Source: an uncultured Deinococcales bacterium (GTDB lineage Bacteria > Deinococcota > Deinococci > Deinococcales > JAAFIG01). From it: a stretch of 38,705 bases of DNA. A program made the translations under genes and the position numbers. The DNA lies in the NCBI GenBank assembly GCA_964244895.1, contig CAXTKV010000021.1, positions 1 to 38,705 of the forward strand, read 5' to 3'. A model generated the notes under the pieces. It had not been told where the DNA came from and ran no database searches. It was given only the letters and a program-made list of their open reading frames with translations. This document shows positions 19,607-28,121 of the stretch, in pieces (position 1 is the first letter of the stretch; each line of letters starts with the position of its first letter).

Positions 19607-19691
19607 TGTTTTCGCGTCTGAAATCATCGCGGTTGACGCGCAACGCTCACTGATCGCTCGAGCCTCTTTCCCGATTTCGGGGGTACTCCAA

Positions 19692-20033
19692 TCAGTGCAG
19701 AACCTCGATCAGGAACCCGCCCGGAGATTGAAAATAGAACGTCCAAGAGCCGTGAAACGTCTTTGGCGGGTTCACGTCGAAGCCGTCGTCCTTCAGGCGC
19801 TGATGGATTTCGTCGACGCGCTCCCGGTTGTGCTGGGTGAAACCGATGTGGAAGGTTTCCGGGTAGCTGACATCAGCGCCTTGCAGCAGGGTGATGACCA
19901 TGTCGTCATCATCAGACATCAGTGCGATGGTGGGATTGGCTTTGCCGCGCGTCTGGAGCCCGAAGTATTTTTCCAGGAACGCGCTGGTCTTTAATACGTC
20001 GCTGACGGTCAGGTTGAGGTGGTTCAGTTTCAT
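19692..20033 (-). CDS. VOC/glyoxalase family protein
   Basis: MKLNHLNLTVSDV, FHIGF, FYFQSPGGFLIEV. Confidence 0.88.
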   Translation of the reverse strand: MKLNHLNLTVSDVLKTSAFLEKYFGLQTRGKANPTIALMSDDDDMVITLLQGADVSYPETFHIGFTQHNRERVDEIHQRLKDDGFDVNPPKTFHGSWTFYFQSPGGFLIEVLH

Positions 20034-20094
20034 AGGGTTCCCTTTCGTCGTACTTTCGTCATAAGAGTCGCTGGCGGTGAGTCTTCTCTCAACC

Positions 20095-20562
20095 TCAAAA
20101 ACCTCCTTCAAAGTCGTCGCTCGGTTGCTCGAGAACTGCTTTGAGGGCTTGCAGTGCCGAGAGGGTCGCTTGCAGATCCTTCAATCTGGAATGCTGGCCG
20201 ACGACGTTCGCCCAACTTGTCTGTTGCGTCCGGATGTACTCGAGCGCCGTCGTTCCTTTCGGGGTGATGCTGACGAGCTTGGCGCGGCGGTGGTGCGGGT
20301 TCTCGAGGTACTCGACGAAGCCGTCCTTTTCGAGCGCGTCGGCGGTTTGTTGCACGCTCTGGCGGGTCAGGCCCCAGATGCGGGCGATGTTGGCGACGGG
20401 TTCCGGGCCGTGCTCGACGATGCCCAGAATTTGCCATCGGGCGCTGCTGAGGCCGACGGGGGCGGTCAGTCGGTTGCCCGCCTCGAGCAGCAAGTTGTTG
20501 AGCAAGAAGATCTCGCGCGTGAGTTCAATAAAAGCGTCACCGTTGGAAGTCAGTTCCGACAT
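20095..20562 (-). CDS. MarR family transcriptional regulator
   Basis: GLSSARWQILG, VANIARIWGLTRQSVQ, NPHHRRAKLVSITPKG. Confidence 0.9.
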   Translation of the reverse strand: MSELTSNGDAFIELTREIFLLNNLLLEAGNRLTAPVGLSSARWQILGIVEHGPEPVANIARIWGLTRQSVQQTADALEKDGFVEYLENPHHRRAKLVSITPKGTTALEYIRTQQTSWANVVGQHSRLKDLQATLSALQALKAVLEQPSDDFEGGF

Positions 20563-20578
20563 GCAACAGATTGTCATG

Positions 20579-20596
20579 TTGACAGGTAATTGTCAA
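20579..20596. promoter_or_regulatory. Putative MarR operator overlapping its own -35
   Basis: TTGACA-GGTAAT-TGTCAA palindrome just upstream of the marR start. Confidence 0.65.
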
Positions 20597-20630
20597 ATAG
20601 GCTGATGGCGTACTCGAGACAGATCCTCAG

Positions 20631-20689
20631 GAGACCGTCCTGGACACACTTCTCGAGCAACCGAGGTTCGTGTGCTGGACGGTGGTCTC
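20631..20689. repeat. Palindromic repeat family copy
   Basis: GAGACCGTCCTGGACAC ... GTGTGCTGGACGGTGGTCTC. Confidence 0.75.
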
Positions 20690-20743
20690 GATTCGCCAAC
20701 AGGCTTCGCCATTTCGCCTAAAACAGAATCTGCCCCGAACGGT

Positions 20744-20749
20744 TAGAAT
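20744..20749 (+). promoter_or_regulatory. -10 element of a leaderless polA transcript
   Basis: TAGAAT, 6 nt, ATG 20756; no SD. Confidence 0.65.
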
Positions 20750-20755
20750 TGAACC

Positions 20756-23527
20756 ATGAGCCAGCCGAATCTTTTCGAGCCCGACGACCAGCCGGACTCG
20801 GGCGAACCGAACTCGACCCCGGCGCAGACGGCCTCGACCGCAGCGGCCACCAACGAGCCCGAGGAAACCGTCGAGGACGAACGCGGCATCCCACCGGCCT
20901 CCGAGACCGTCGAATTCATTCACCGCGCCCCGAAATCGGATGGCGTCATGCCCAAACGCGTGGTGCTGATCGACGGTCACGCCCTGGCCTACCGTTCGTA
21001 CTTCGCGCTCTCTCGAGGGCCGACGACGATGATGACATCGAAGGGCGAACCGACCCAGGCCATATTTGGCTTCATGAAAACGCTGATGAAATTGCTGCGC
21101 GACGGCGGGGATTCGAGCAAGAAGAAGATTCCCGCCATGGCGCTTTCGGATGCCAGGGATCACGCCGTGATCGTGGTCTTCGACCCACCCGTCAAAACCT
21201 TTCGCCACGAAGCCTTCGCGGATTACAAGGCGGGCCGCGCCCAGACGCCGGACGACCTGCCGGAGCAGATCAGAAAGATCAAGCGCCTGGTGGATTTGAT
21301 GGGTCTGGTGCGGCTCGAGGTCGGCGGGTTCGAGGCCGACGACGTGATCGGCACGCTCGCCCGGCGCGCCGAGGAAGCGGGAGCGGAGGTGCGCATCCTG
21401 ACCAGCGACCGCGACGCGTACCAGTTGCTTTCGGATCGGGTGCGCGTGATCGGCAGCGATAACGCGGAAATCGCGCCCGCCGATGTCAAGGCCAAGTACG
21501 GTGTGACGGTCGAGCAATGGGTCGATTACCGCTCCTTGACCGGGGATTCCAGCGACAACATTCCGGGAGCGAAAGGGATCGGGCCGAAGGGCGCGCAGAA
21601 GCTGCTGGAAACCTACGGCAGTTTGCAGTACATCCTGGATCACCTCGACGAGATCAAGCCCGAAAAGGACGCCCAAAAAATTCGGGACAGCTATGAAAAC
21701 GTGATCTTCAGCAAGGAACTTTCCAGGATCGTGACGCACGTCGACCTGGACGTGGATTTCACCACCGCCAAGGTTCACGAACCCGATGTCGAGGCGCTCA
21801 AGGCCCTGCTGCGCGAACTCGAGTTCAACAGTTTCGTCAGGGAACTCGGGCTGGAATCGGGCAGCGACCCCCTGACGCCAGCCAGACCCGTCCTCCAGAT
21901 CGAGCGCGCAGACTGGATCAATCCCGACGCGAACGCGATCTACGGTTTCGTGCTTTCAGAAGACAACCCGGTCGGGGCTCAAATCACGGGATTGGCCTAC
22001 GCCGACCCGCGCGCGAACTGGAGCGTTCGGGAATCGCCCGCCCCAAGCTTGGAATCTATCGGTGAAAACACCGTGCTGCACGGTGCGGATGCCAAAGCGC
22101 TGGCGGTGCACGCGATTTCTTGGGGCATGAAGGTAGAGCCCGGCGACGACCCGATCTTGATGGCGTACTGCCTCGATCCCAACACGGCGGAACCCGCGCG
22201 AGCCGCCCAGCGTTACCTCGAGACGGACTGGCCCAAGGACGCCGCGGGCCGCGCCAGCGTGGGCGCGAGACTGTTGCAGGAACTGCCGAAGCTGATGGCT
22301 CCAGAAATCAGGTCGCTCTACGACGATCTCGAGAAACCCACGGCGGTCGTGCTCGCCAAAATAGAGGCGCACGGCATCCTGATCGACGCGCCGTTCTTCA
22401 AGGGATTGTCGGACGCGATGGGCGCGCGAATCCAGGCGCTCGAGCATGAGGTCTGGGGGCTGGCGGGCGAGGAATTCAACCTGAACAGCCGCGACAAGCT
22501 CGAGGCATTGTTGTACGACAAACTCCAGCTCGCGTCCGGCAAGAAAACGAAACTGACCGGCAAGCGTTCGACCGCGGTCAGCGAACTGGAAAAGTTGCGC
22601 GACGAGCACCCGATCATCCCGAAAATCCTCGAGTACCGCGAGATCGCCAAGTTGCGCGGCACGTACCTCGATCCGTTGCCGATGCTGGTCAACCCCAGAA
22701 CGGGACGTTTGCACACGACCTTCTCGCAGACGGTCGCGGCCACGGGCCGGTTGTCCAGCATCAACCCGAACCTGCAGAACATTCCGGTGCGCACCGAGAT
22801 GGGGCGCGAGATCCGCAAGGGCTTCATCGCCGCGCCGGGTTGCAAGCTCCTGAGCGCCGATTACAGCCAGATCGAATTGCGGATTCTGGCGCACATCACC
22901 GAAGAACCCGCGCTGATCGAGGGCTTCAAGAACGATGAGGACATTCACCGCCGCACCGCCGCCACGATCCTGAACATCCCCCTGGAATCCGTCACCAGCG
23001 ACCAGCGCCGGGGCGCGAAGACCATCAATTACGGCGTGCTGTACGGCATGAGCGCCCACCGGCTGGCCAACGACATGGGCATGCCCTATGAAGATGCCAA
23101 GGGCTTCATCGAGCGTTACTTCGGCGCGTATCCGGGCATCACGAAATACCTGGAAGACACCAAGGAATTCTGCCGCAAGAACGGCTACGTGCAGGACTTG
23201 TTCGGGCGGCGACGGTACATGCCTGAAATCAACGCCAAAGCCTTCCCCGTCCGCGAGGCCGCCGAGCGCGCCGCGATCAACATGCCGATCCAGGGAACCT
23301 CTGCGGGCATCATCAAGCGCGCCATGATCGACCTCGATCCGTTGCTGGGGCCATCCGGTGCGCGGTTGCTGTTGCAGGTTCACGACGAACTGGTGGTCGA
23401 ATGCCCGCATGATCACGTCGAAGCGGTCAGCAAGATCCTGTGCGCCACGATGGAGAACGCCTTCCCGCTGAGGGTTCCCTTGGGCGTCGAGGTCGGCGCT
23501 GGCGCGACCTGGTACGACGCGCACTGA
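20756..23527 (+). CDS. polA: DNA polymerase I (Taq-type, degenerate 3'-5' exonuclease)
   Basis: VLIDGHALAYRSY, YKAGR, FEADDVIG, GDSSDNIPG, ATGRLSSINPNLQNIP, ADYSQIELR, AKTINYG, QVHDEL. Confidence 0.97.
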   Translation: MSQPNLFEPDDQPDSGEPNSTPAQTASTAAATNEPEETVEDERGIPPASETVEFIHRAPKSDGVMPKRVVLIDGHALAYRSYFALSRGPTTMMTSKGEPTQAIFGFMKTLMKLLRDGGDSSKKKIPAMALSDARDHAVIVVFDPPVKTFRHEAFADYKAGRAQTPDDLPEQIRKIKRLVDLMGLVRLEVGGFEADDVIGTLARRAEEAGAEVRILTSDRDAYQLLSDRVRVIGSDNAEIAPADVKAKYGVTVEQWVDYRSLTGDSSDNIPGAKGIGPKGAQKLLETYGSLQYILDHLDEIKPEKDAQKIRDSYENVIFSKELSRIVTHVDLDVDFTTAKVHEPDVEALKALLRELEFNSFVRELGLESGSDPLTPARPVLQIERADWINPDANAIYGFVLSEDNPVGAQITGLAYADPRANWSVRESPAPSLESIGENTVLHGADAKALAVHAISWGMKVEPGDDPILMAYCLDPNTAEPARAAQRYLETDWPKDAAGRASVGARLLQELPKLMAPEIRSLYDDLEKPTAVVLAKIEAHGILIDAPFFKGLSDAMGARIQALEHEVWGLAGEEFNLNSRDKLEALLYDKLQLASGKKTKLTGKRSTAVSELEKLRDEHPIIPKILEYREIAKLRGTYLDPLPMLVNPRTGRLHTTFSQTVAATGRLSSINPNLQNIPVRTEMGREIRKGFIAAPGCKLLSADYSQIELRILAHITEEPALIEGFKNDEDIHRRTAATILNIPLESVTSDQRRGAKTINYGVLYGMSAHRLANDMGMPYEDAKGFIERYFGAYPGITKYLEDTKEFCRKNGYVQDLFGRRRYMPEINAKAFPVREAAERAAINMPIQGTSAGIIKRAMIDLDPLLGPSGARLLLQVHDELVVECPHDHVEAVSKILCATMENAFPLRVPLGVEVGAGATWYDAH

Positions 23528-23536
23528 GAATCGCCG

Positions 23537-23585
23537 AAAGACCGTCCTGGACGCACGGCGAAATGTGCGTCCAGGACGGTGTTTT
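23537..23585. repeat. Palindromic repeat family copy after polA (perfect 16-bp arms)
   Basis: ACCGTCCTGGACGCAC ... GTGCGTCCAGGACGGT. Confidence 0.9.
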
Positions 23586-23745
23586 CATTTATTTAGAGCC
23601 TTCGGGGTGCGCCGACCCGAGCGGCGAATCCCGCCAGCAGGTGGCGGGTACTCGAGTCACGTCACGAAGGCCAAGCGTTGGGACGCTCAGCAACAAAAAG
23701 AGCGGGTAAGAAAGGCGTGATATTTCATTATTTATCCTTACCCTC

Positions 23746-25554
23746 ATGATTCAAGCCCGGTCTCGAGACCTTCGCCACAATTCCGTCCCCGCATGGCGAG
23801 CGCTCAGTCTCGCCATCAGCGCCGCAGCCCTGATGGCCTGCAATCAGATGCCCGCCGCCAACCTGGGCGCGGCTGGCGAAAGCGGCAAGTTCACCGTGAC
23901 CGTTCAGGTCAGCGCCAGCGATACGACCGCGAACCTGGAACAGAAGTACGGCGGCAGCATGCTGTCCTGGCACCCTGAGGCCGGATTCGCCATCCTGGGT
24001 GTCAATGCCCGACCACCCAGCAACGATCCCGCCGTCAAAGGCGTCGATGAAAGCCTCGGGACGCTCAAAGCGCCCGTGGTCGCCACCACCAACAGGGTTC
24101 CGCTGACGCCCCAGGGCAACGCGGCCAACGCCGAGAACGTCTGGATGGGCGGTTGGACGGCTTGGTCCGGCGGCTGGACAGCCTGGTCCGGCGGTTGGAC
24201 GGCCTGGTCCGGTGGCTCGAGCGTCCCGTCTTTGCCCGCGCAGAACAACGTGGCGTTTTCGCAGATTCGCTTGCCGCAGGCCCAAGCCATCAGCCGCAAC
24301 TTCGGCGCGGGCGTCAAGGTCGCAGTGATCGATACCGGCATCGACACGGCGCACCCGGTCTTCGCGGGTCGCCTCGCCCCCGCCGCAGAGTGGAAAGACT
24401 ACGTCGACAACGATGCCAACCCGCAGGAAGTCGGCACGACCTCCGACCGGGCTTACGGTCACGGCACGGGCGTGGCGGGCATCGTCTTGCAGGTCGCACC
24501 GAAAGCCACGATCCTGCCGTTGCGCGTGCTGGACAAGAACGGTTCCGGCGACCTGGACAAGGTCGTGCTGGCCATCGACTGGGCCATCGCCAAGGGCGCG
24601 CAGGTCATCAACCTCTCGCTCGGTTCCGCCCAGAACCAGACATCGTTGATTACCGAACTCCAATACGCCGCCAGCAAGAAGGTTTACGTCGTCGCCTCGG
24701 CGGGCAACGACGGCATGAAGGACGGCATCACCTACCCCGCCGCCACGACCTACTGGGATGGCGTGAAGGGTTTCGTTTTCGGCATCGGCAGCGTCAACTC
24801 GACGGACATCCTCTCGAGCTTCACCAATTACGGCGGTAGCCTCTTCGGGGTGATCCCCGGCGAATCGATCTTCAGCGCCTTTCCGGGCAACAAGGCGGCG
24901 GCCTTCACCGGAACCTCTTTCGCTGCACCGATCCTGAGCGGTGCCCTGGCGCTCGGCCTGAAGGAGCTGCCCGCCGGGGTGGACGCTGGGGCGTTCAGCA
25001 AGTACCTGATGGATGGCTTCCGCAACGGCAACATCTACGACGAAAACGTGAGCGCGCGCGGCACGGACGGCATCGGTAACGGTCGGTTGGACATTGAAGC
25101 GCTGATTCGCAACTTCCCCAACTGGACGCCAAAAGTTGCATACAGCGCGACCAACGCTGTTATCAACGGCGCGTTTGCCAGCGGCACCACGGGCTGGAAC
25201 TGGTGGGGTGTCCCCAGTCTGATGGCGGATGGTGGCAACACGGTGGTCAAGCTCAACCCCGGCGATGGCATCTACCAGATCATCACCGGCCTGAAACCCA
25301 ACACCAGCTACACCCTCAGCGCCTGGATGCGCGGCACCAACGCCGCGCAGGGCATGGCGCTCAGCGTCAGCAGTTTTGGCGGCACGGTTTCCAGCTTGAC
25401 CATCACACCGACCGGCACGACTTACGCGCCGCGCTACCTGACCTTCACGACCGGCCCAACCACGACCAGCATCGCTTTCGACGTGTCTAACTGGGTCGGC
25501 AACACCCAGACGGTCTACGCCTACAACGTCAGCTTGCGTCAGGCCGGGTACTGA
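23746..25554 (+). CDS. S8 subtilase lipoprotein with C-terminal CBM4/9-like domain
   Basis: Lipobox LMAC; catalytic VAVIDTG, HGTGVAG, ASAGN and GTSFAAP; C-terminal INGAFASG..GW...GLKPNTSYTLSAWMR; TATCCT-N7-ATG. Confidence 0.9.
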   Translation: MIQARSRDLRHNSVPAWRALSLAISAAALMACNQMPAANLGAAGESGKFTVTVQVSASDTTANLEQKYGGSMLSWHPEAGFAILGVNARPPSNDPAVKGVDESLGTLKAPVVATTNRVPLTPQGNAANAENVWMGGWTAWSGGWTAWSGGWTAWSGGSSVPSLPAQNNVAFSQIRLPQAQAISRNFGAGVKVAVIDTGIDTAHPVFAGRLAPAAEWKDYVDNDANPQEVGTTSDRAYGHGTGVAGIVLQVAPKATILPLRVLDKNGSGDLDKVVLAIDWAIAKGAQVINLSLGSAQNQTSLITELQYAASKKVYVVASAGNDGMKDGITYPAATTYWDGVKGFVFGIGSVNSTDILSSFTNYGGSLFGVIPGESIFSAFPGNKAAAFTGTSFAAPILSGALALGLKELPAGVDAGAFSKYLMDGFRNGNIYDENVSARGTDGIGNGRLDIEALIRNFPNWTPKVAYSATNAVINGAFASGTTGWNWWGVPSLMADGGNTVVKLNPGDGIYQIITGLKPNTSYTLSAWMRGTNAAQGMALSVSSFGGTVSSLTITPTGTTYAPRYLTFTTGPTTTSIAFDVSNWVGNTQTVYAYNVSLRQAGY

Positions 25555-25570
25555 ATTTCAGACAACACTG

Positions 25571-25649
25571 TTCTTGCTCGAAAGACAGCACCTATCGGGC
25601 TACTCGCGCTTCTTGCTCGAAAGACAGCACCTATCGGGCTACTCGCGCT
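25571..25649 (+). repeat. 2 x 39-bp perfect tandem duplication
   Basis: TTCTTGCTCGAAAGACAGCACCTATCGGGCTACTCGCGC twice. Confidence 0.92.
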
Positions 25650-25674
25650 CCAGCACGCAAATTCCTTCGTCTCG

Positions 25675-25699
25675 AGAACACCGTCCAGGACGGTGTTCT
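25675..25699. repeat. Palindromic repeat family copy
   Basis: AGAACACCGTCC-A-GGACGGTGTTCT. Confidence 0.9.
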
Positions 25700-25834
25700 T
25701 TGTTGGATCGCACCTGGAAAGCGGGAAGGGATCGATCCCGTCGTCGCTCCGACTCGAGCGCCAGCGGAGGGCGCGAAAACGCGCCGCTTGAACTGGCGTT
25801 CAGGCATCTGGTGCTATCCTCCTGGCTAACCTTT

Positions 25835-27160
25835 ATGACTCAACGCAAATTCTTCGGTACGGACGGCGTGCGATCAATCGCGGGAGAATTCCCGTTGACA
25901 GCGGACTGGACGCTCGATCTGGGGCGGGCGGCGGCGGAAGTCTTCAAATCGCAATCCCGCAAGCCGACCGTGGTGATCGGGCGCGACACGCGCAAGAGCG
26001 GCGACATGCTCGAGGCGGCGCTGGCGGCGGGATTGACGGCGCGCGGCGTCAACGTGATCCACGTCGGCGTGATTCCGACGCCGGGCGTGAGCTACTTGAC
26101 GCGCCAGCTTTCCGCCACGGCGGGCGTGGTGATTTCCGCGTCCCACAACCCCTTCGAGGACAACGGCATCAAGTTCTTCGGCGGCAACGGCGAGAAGCTT
26201 TCCGACACCCTCGAACTCGAGATCGAATCGAAGATCGGCGCGGCCCTCGAGCCCGTCACGGGCGTCAACGTCGGCACGGTCACGGATTACCGCGAGGCGG
26301 AACGCCAGTACTCGGATTTCCTGAACGAGCACGCGCCAGACCTGACGGGCTTGCGGATCGCGCTCGATTGCGCCAACGGTGCGACCTTCAAAATGGCGCC
26401 GCGCGTCTTTCAGCGCGCCGGGGCGGACGTGTTCGCGGTGTACACCACCCCGGATGGCAAGAACATCAACTGGCAGTGCGGCAGCACCCACCCCGAACAC
26501 CTGCAACGCCTGGTGCGCGAGGGCAGCTACGACCTGGGCGTGGCCTTCGACGGCGACGGCGACCGCGCCATTTTGGTCGATCACACCGGAGAACTGGTGC
26601 ACGGCGACCACATGCTCTACATCACGGCCCTGCACCGCAAGGAAAGCACCGTCGTGGCCACGCTGATGTCCAACATGGGCCTGGAAGTCAAGCTGCGCGA
26701 GCACGGCATCAGCTTGGAGCGCACCGCCGTCGGCGACCGCTACGTCCACGAACGCCTGCTCGAACGCGGCCTGACCCTCGGTGGCGAGCAATCTGGCCAC
26801 CTGCTGTTCCTGGACGCCGCACCGACTGGCGATGGCATCCTGACGGCCCTCGAAACTCTTAAAGCCATGCGTGCCAGCGACAAGAACCTTCAGGATTGGC
26901 GTCTCGAGATGCCGATGTTCCCGCAGACCCTGCTGAACGTTCGCGTGACCGACAAGCACGGCATCAGCCAGCATGCGGACGTTGCGGCAGCCGTGGCCGT
27001 GGCCGAGCGCGCCCTCGACGGGCGAGGCCGCGTCAACCTGCGCCCCAGCGGCACCGAGCCCCTGGTGCGCGTGATGGTCGAAGGCCCCTCCGAAGCCGAG
27101 ATCAAAGAACTCGCTCAGGCGGTCGCGGACGTGATCAGACGCGTCGGGGGAGAGGCGTGA
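25835..27160 (+). CDS. glmM: Phosphoglucosamine mutase
   Basis: RKFFGTDGVR, GRDTRKSG, VISASHNP, AFDGDGDR, VGDRYV, GGEQSGH, RPSGTEPLVRVMVE. Confidence 0.97.
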   Translation: MTQRKFFGTDGVRSIAGEFPLTADWTLDLGRAAAEVFKSQSRKPTVVIGRDTRKSGDMLEAALAAGLTARGVNVIHVGVIPTPGVSYLTRQLSATAGVVISASHNPFEDNGIKFFGGNGEKLSDTLELEIESKIGAALEPVTGVNVGTVTDYREAERQYSDFLNEHAPDLTGLRIALDCANGATFKMAPRVFQRAGADVFAVYTTPDGKNINWQCGSTHPEHLQRLVREGSYDLGVAFDGDGDRAILVDHTGELVHGDHMLYITALHRKESTVVATLMSNMGLEVKLREHGISLERTAVGDRYVHERLLERGLTLGGEQSGHLLFLDAAPTGDGILTALETLKAMRASDKNLQDWRLEMPMFPQTLLNVRVTDKHGISQHADVAAAVAVAERALDGRGRVNLRPSGTEPLVRVMVEGPSEAEIKELAQAVADVIRRVGGEA

Positions 27161-27294
27161 GGGCCACGGGCCGCAGGTCACAGGTCACGAGTCAGACCCG
27201 AGCGCACCGTTCTGAACGCGTCCTCGAGATCGCGTCCGGAACGGTGTTCTCGAGTTTTCCCCTTTTACCTTTGCCCTTTCCCCTCTCTCCATGA
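27157..27294 (+). CDS. Putative 45-aa bridge ORF spanning a palindromic repeat
   Basis: GTG overlaps the glmM stop (GTGA); its TGA overlaps the rbfA ATG (ATGA); rbfA has no SD. Confidence 0.4.
   Translation: MRATGRRSQVTSQTRAHRSERVLEIASGTVFSSFPLLPLPFPLSP
27205..27251. repeat. Palindromic repeat family copy
   Basis: CACCGTTCTGAACGCG ... CGCGTCCGGAACGGTG with CTCGAG in spacer. Confidence 0.8.
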
Positions 27295-27590
27295 GCCAGC
27301 GCACCGCGCAGGTCGAAGCCAGCATCGGGCGCGCGCTTTCCGGCGCGATCCACGAATTGCACGATCCCAGATTGCCGATCATCGTGACCGTCGAACGCGT
27401 CAGGATCAGCCCGGACTTGCTGCACGCGAAAGTGTTTATTTCCAGCATCGGGGACACCGTGCAGGCTGTGGCTGCGCTCGATCACGCCAAGGGTTACCTG
27501 CAACGCCAGATCGCGGGCGAACTGAAGCTCAAGCGCACGCCCCTGCTCGAGTTTCACCCGGTCGGCGACGACCCGATGGGGATATTGTGA
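27291..27590 (+). CDS. rbfA: Ribosome-binding factor A
   Basis: LHDPRL, VTVERVRISPDLLHAKVFIS, LDHAKGYLQRQIA..LKLKRTPLLEF. Confidence 0.92.
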   Translation: MSQRTAQVEASIGRALSGAIHELHDPRLPIIVTVERVRISPDLLHAKVFISSIGDTVQAVAALDHAKGYLQRQIAGELKLKRTPLLEFHPVGDDPMGIL

Positions 27591-27723
27591 CGGTCGTTCC
27601 CGGCACATCTATAACCGTGACGGTCGTTCCCGGCACATCTATAACCGTGACGGTCGTTCCCGGCCCATCGAGGACACTGTGACGGTCGTTCCCGGCACAT
27701 TGGGGACACTGTGATGGTCGTTC
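27587..27723 (+). repeat. Tandem array (30,30,32,32 bp plus a partial unit) at the rbfA/thioesterase junction
   Basis: Each unit begins GTGA(C/T)GGTCGTTC. Confidence 0.92.
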
Positions 27724-28121
27724 GCCAATCCCAGATTCGGTTTCGCGTGCGTTACGCGGAGACGGATGCGATGGGCATCGCGCACCACAGCAATTACGTG
27801 ATCTGGTTCGAGATGGGCCGGGTCGCGTTCATGGATGACCTGGGCGTGCCGTACCGAGAGGTCGAGAAGCGCGGCGTGCTGCTGGTCGTGACCAACGTCA
27901 GCCTGAAGTACCGTCGGCCCGCCGTGTTCGACGACGAGATCGTGCTGACGACGCGATTGGGTGCGCTCAAATCCCGGTTGGTGCGTTTCGAGTACGCGGT
28001 CGAACGCGCCTCCGATTCCGCTCTCTTGGCCGAAGGGTTCACCGAGCACATCGCGACCGATCTGGAAAAGCGCACCGTGCCGATCCCGCAGTACCTGCGC
28101 GAGGCCCTCGAGGCAGAGTAA
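27711..28121 (+). CDS. YbgC/FadM-family acyl-CoA thioesterase (4HBT hotdog fold)
   Basis: RVRYAETDAMGIAHHSNYVIWFEMGR, YRRPAVFDD. Confidence 0.92.
   Translation: MMVVRQSQIRFRVRYAETDAMGIAHHSNYVIWFEMGRVAFMDDLGVPYREVEKRGVLLVVTNVSLKYRRPAVFDDEIVLTTRLGALKSRLVRFEYAVERASDSALLAEGFTEHIATDLEKRTVPIPQYLREALEAE

Noticed and set aside
20861..20883. Repeat copy in the polA N-terminal extension (GAAACCGTCGAGGACG)
   Set aside because: Partial single-arm match that could arise from Glu-Thr-Val-Glu-Asp codons by chance.
27587..27723. CRISPR array
   Set aside because: The variable parts are only about 8-14 nt and partly identical, the period is 30-32 bp, and there are no cas genes or leader. It is a tandem repeat.
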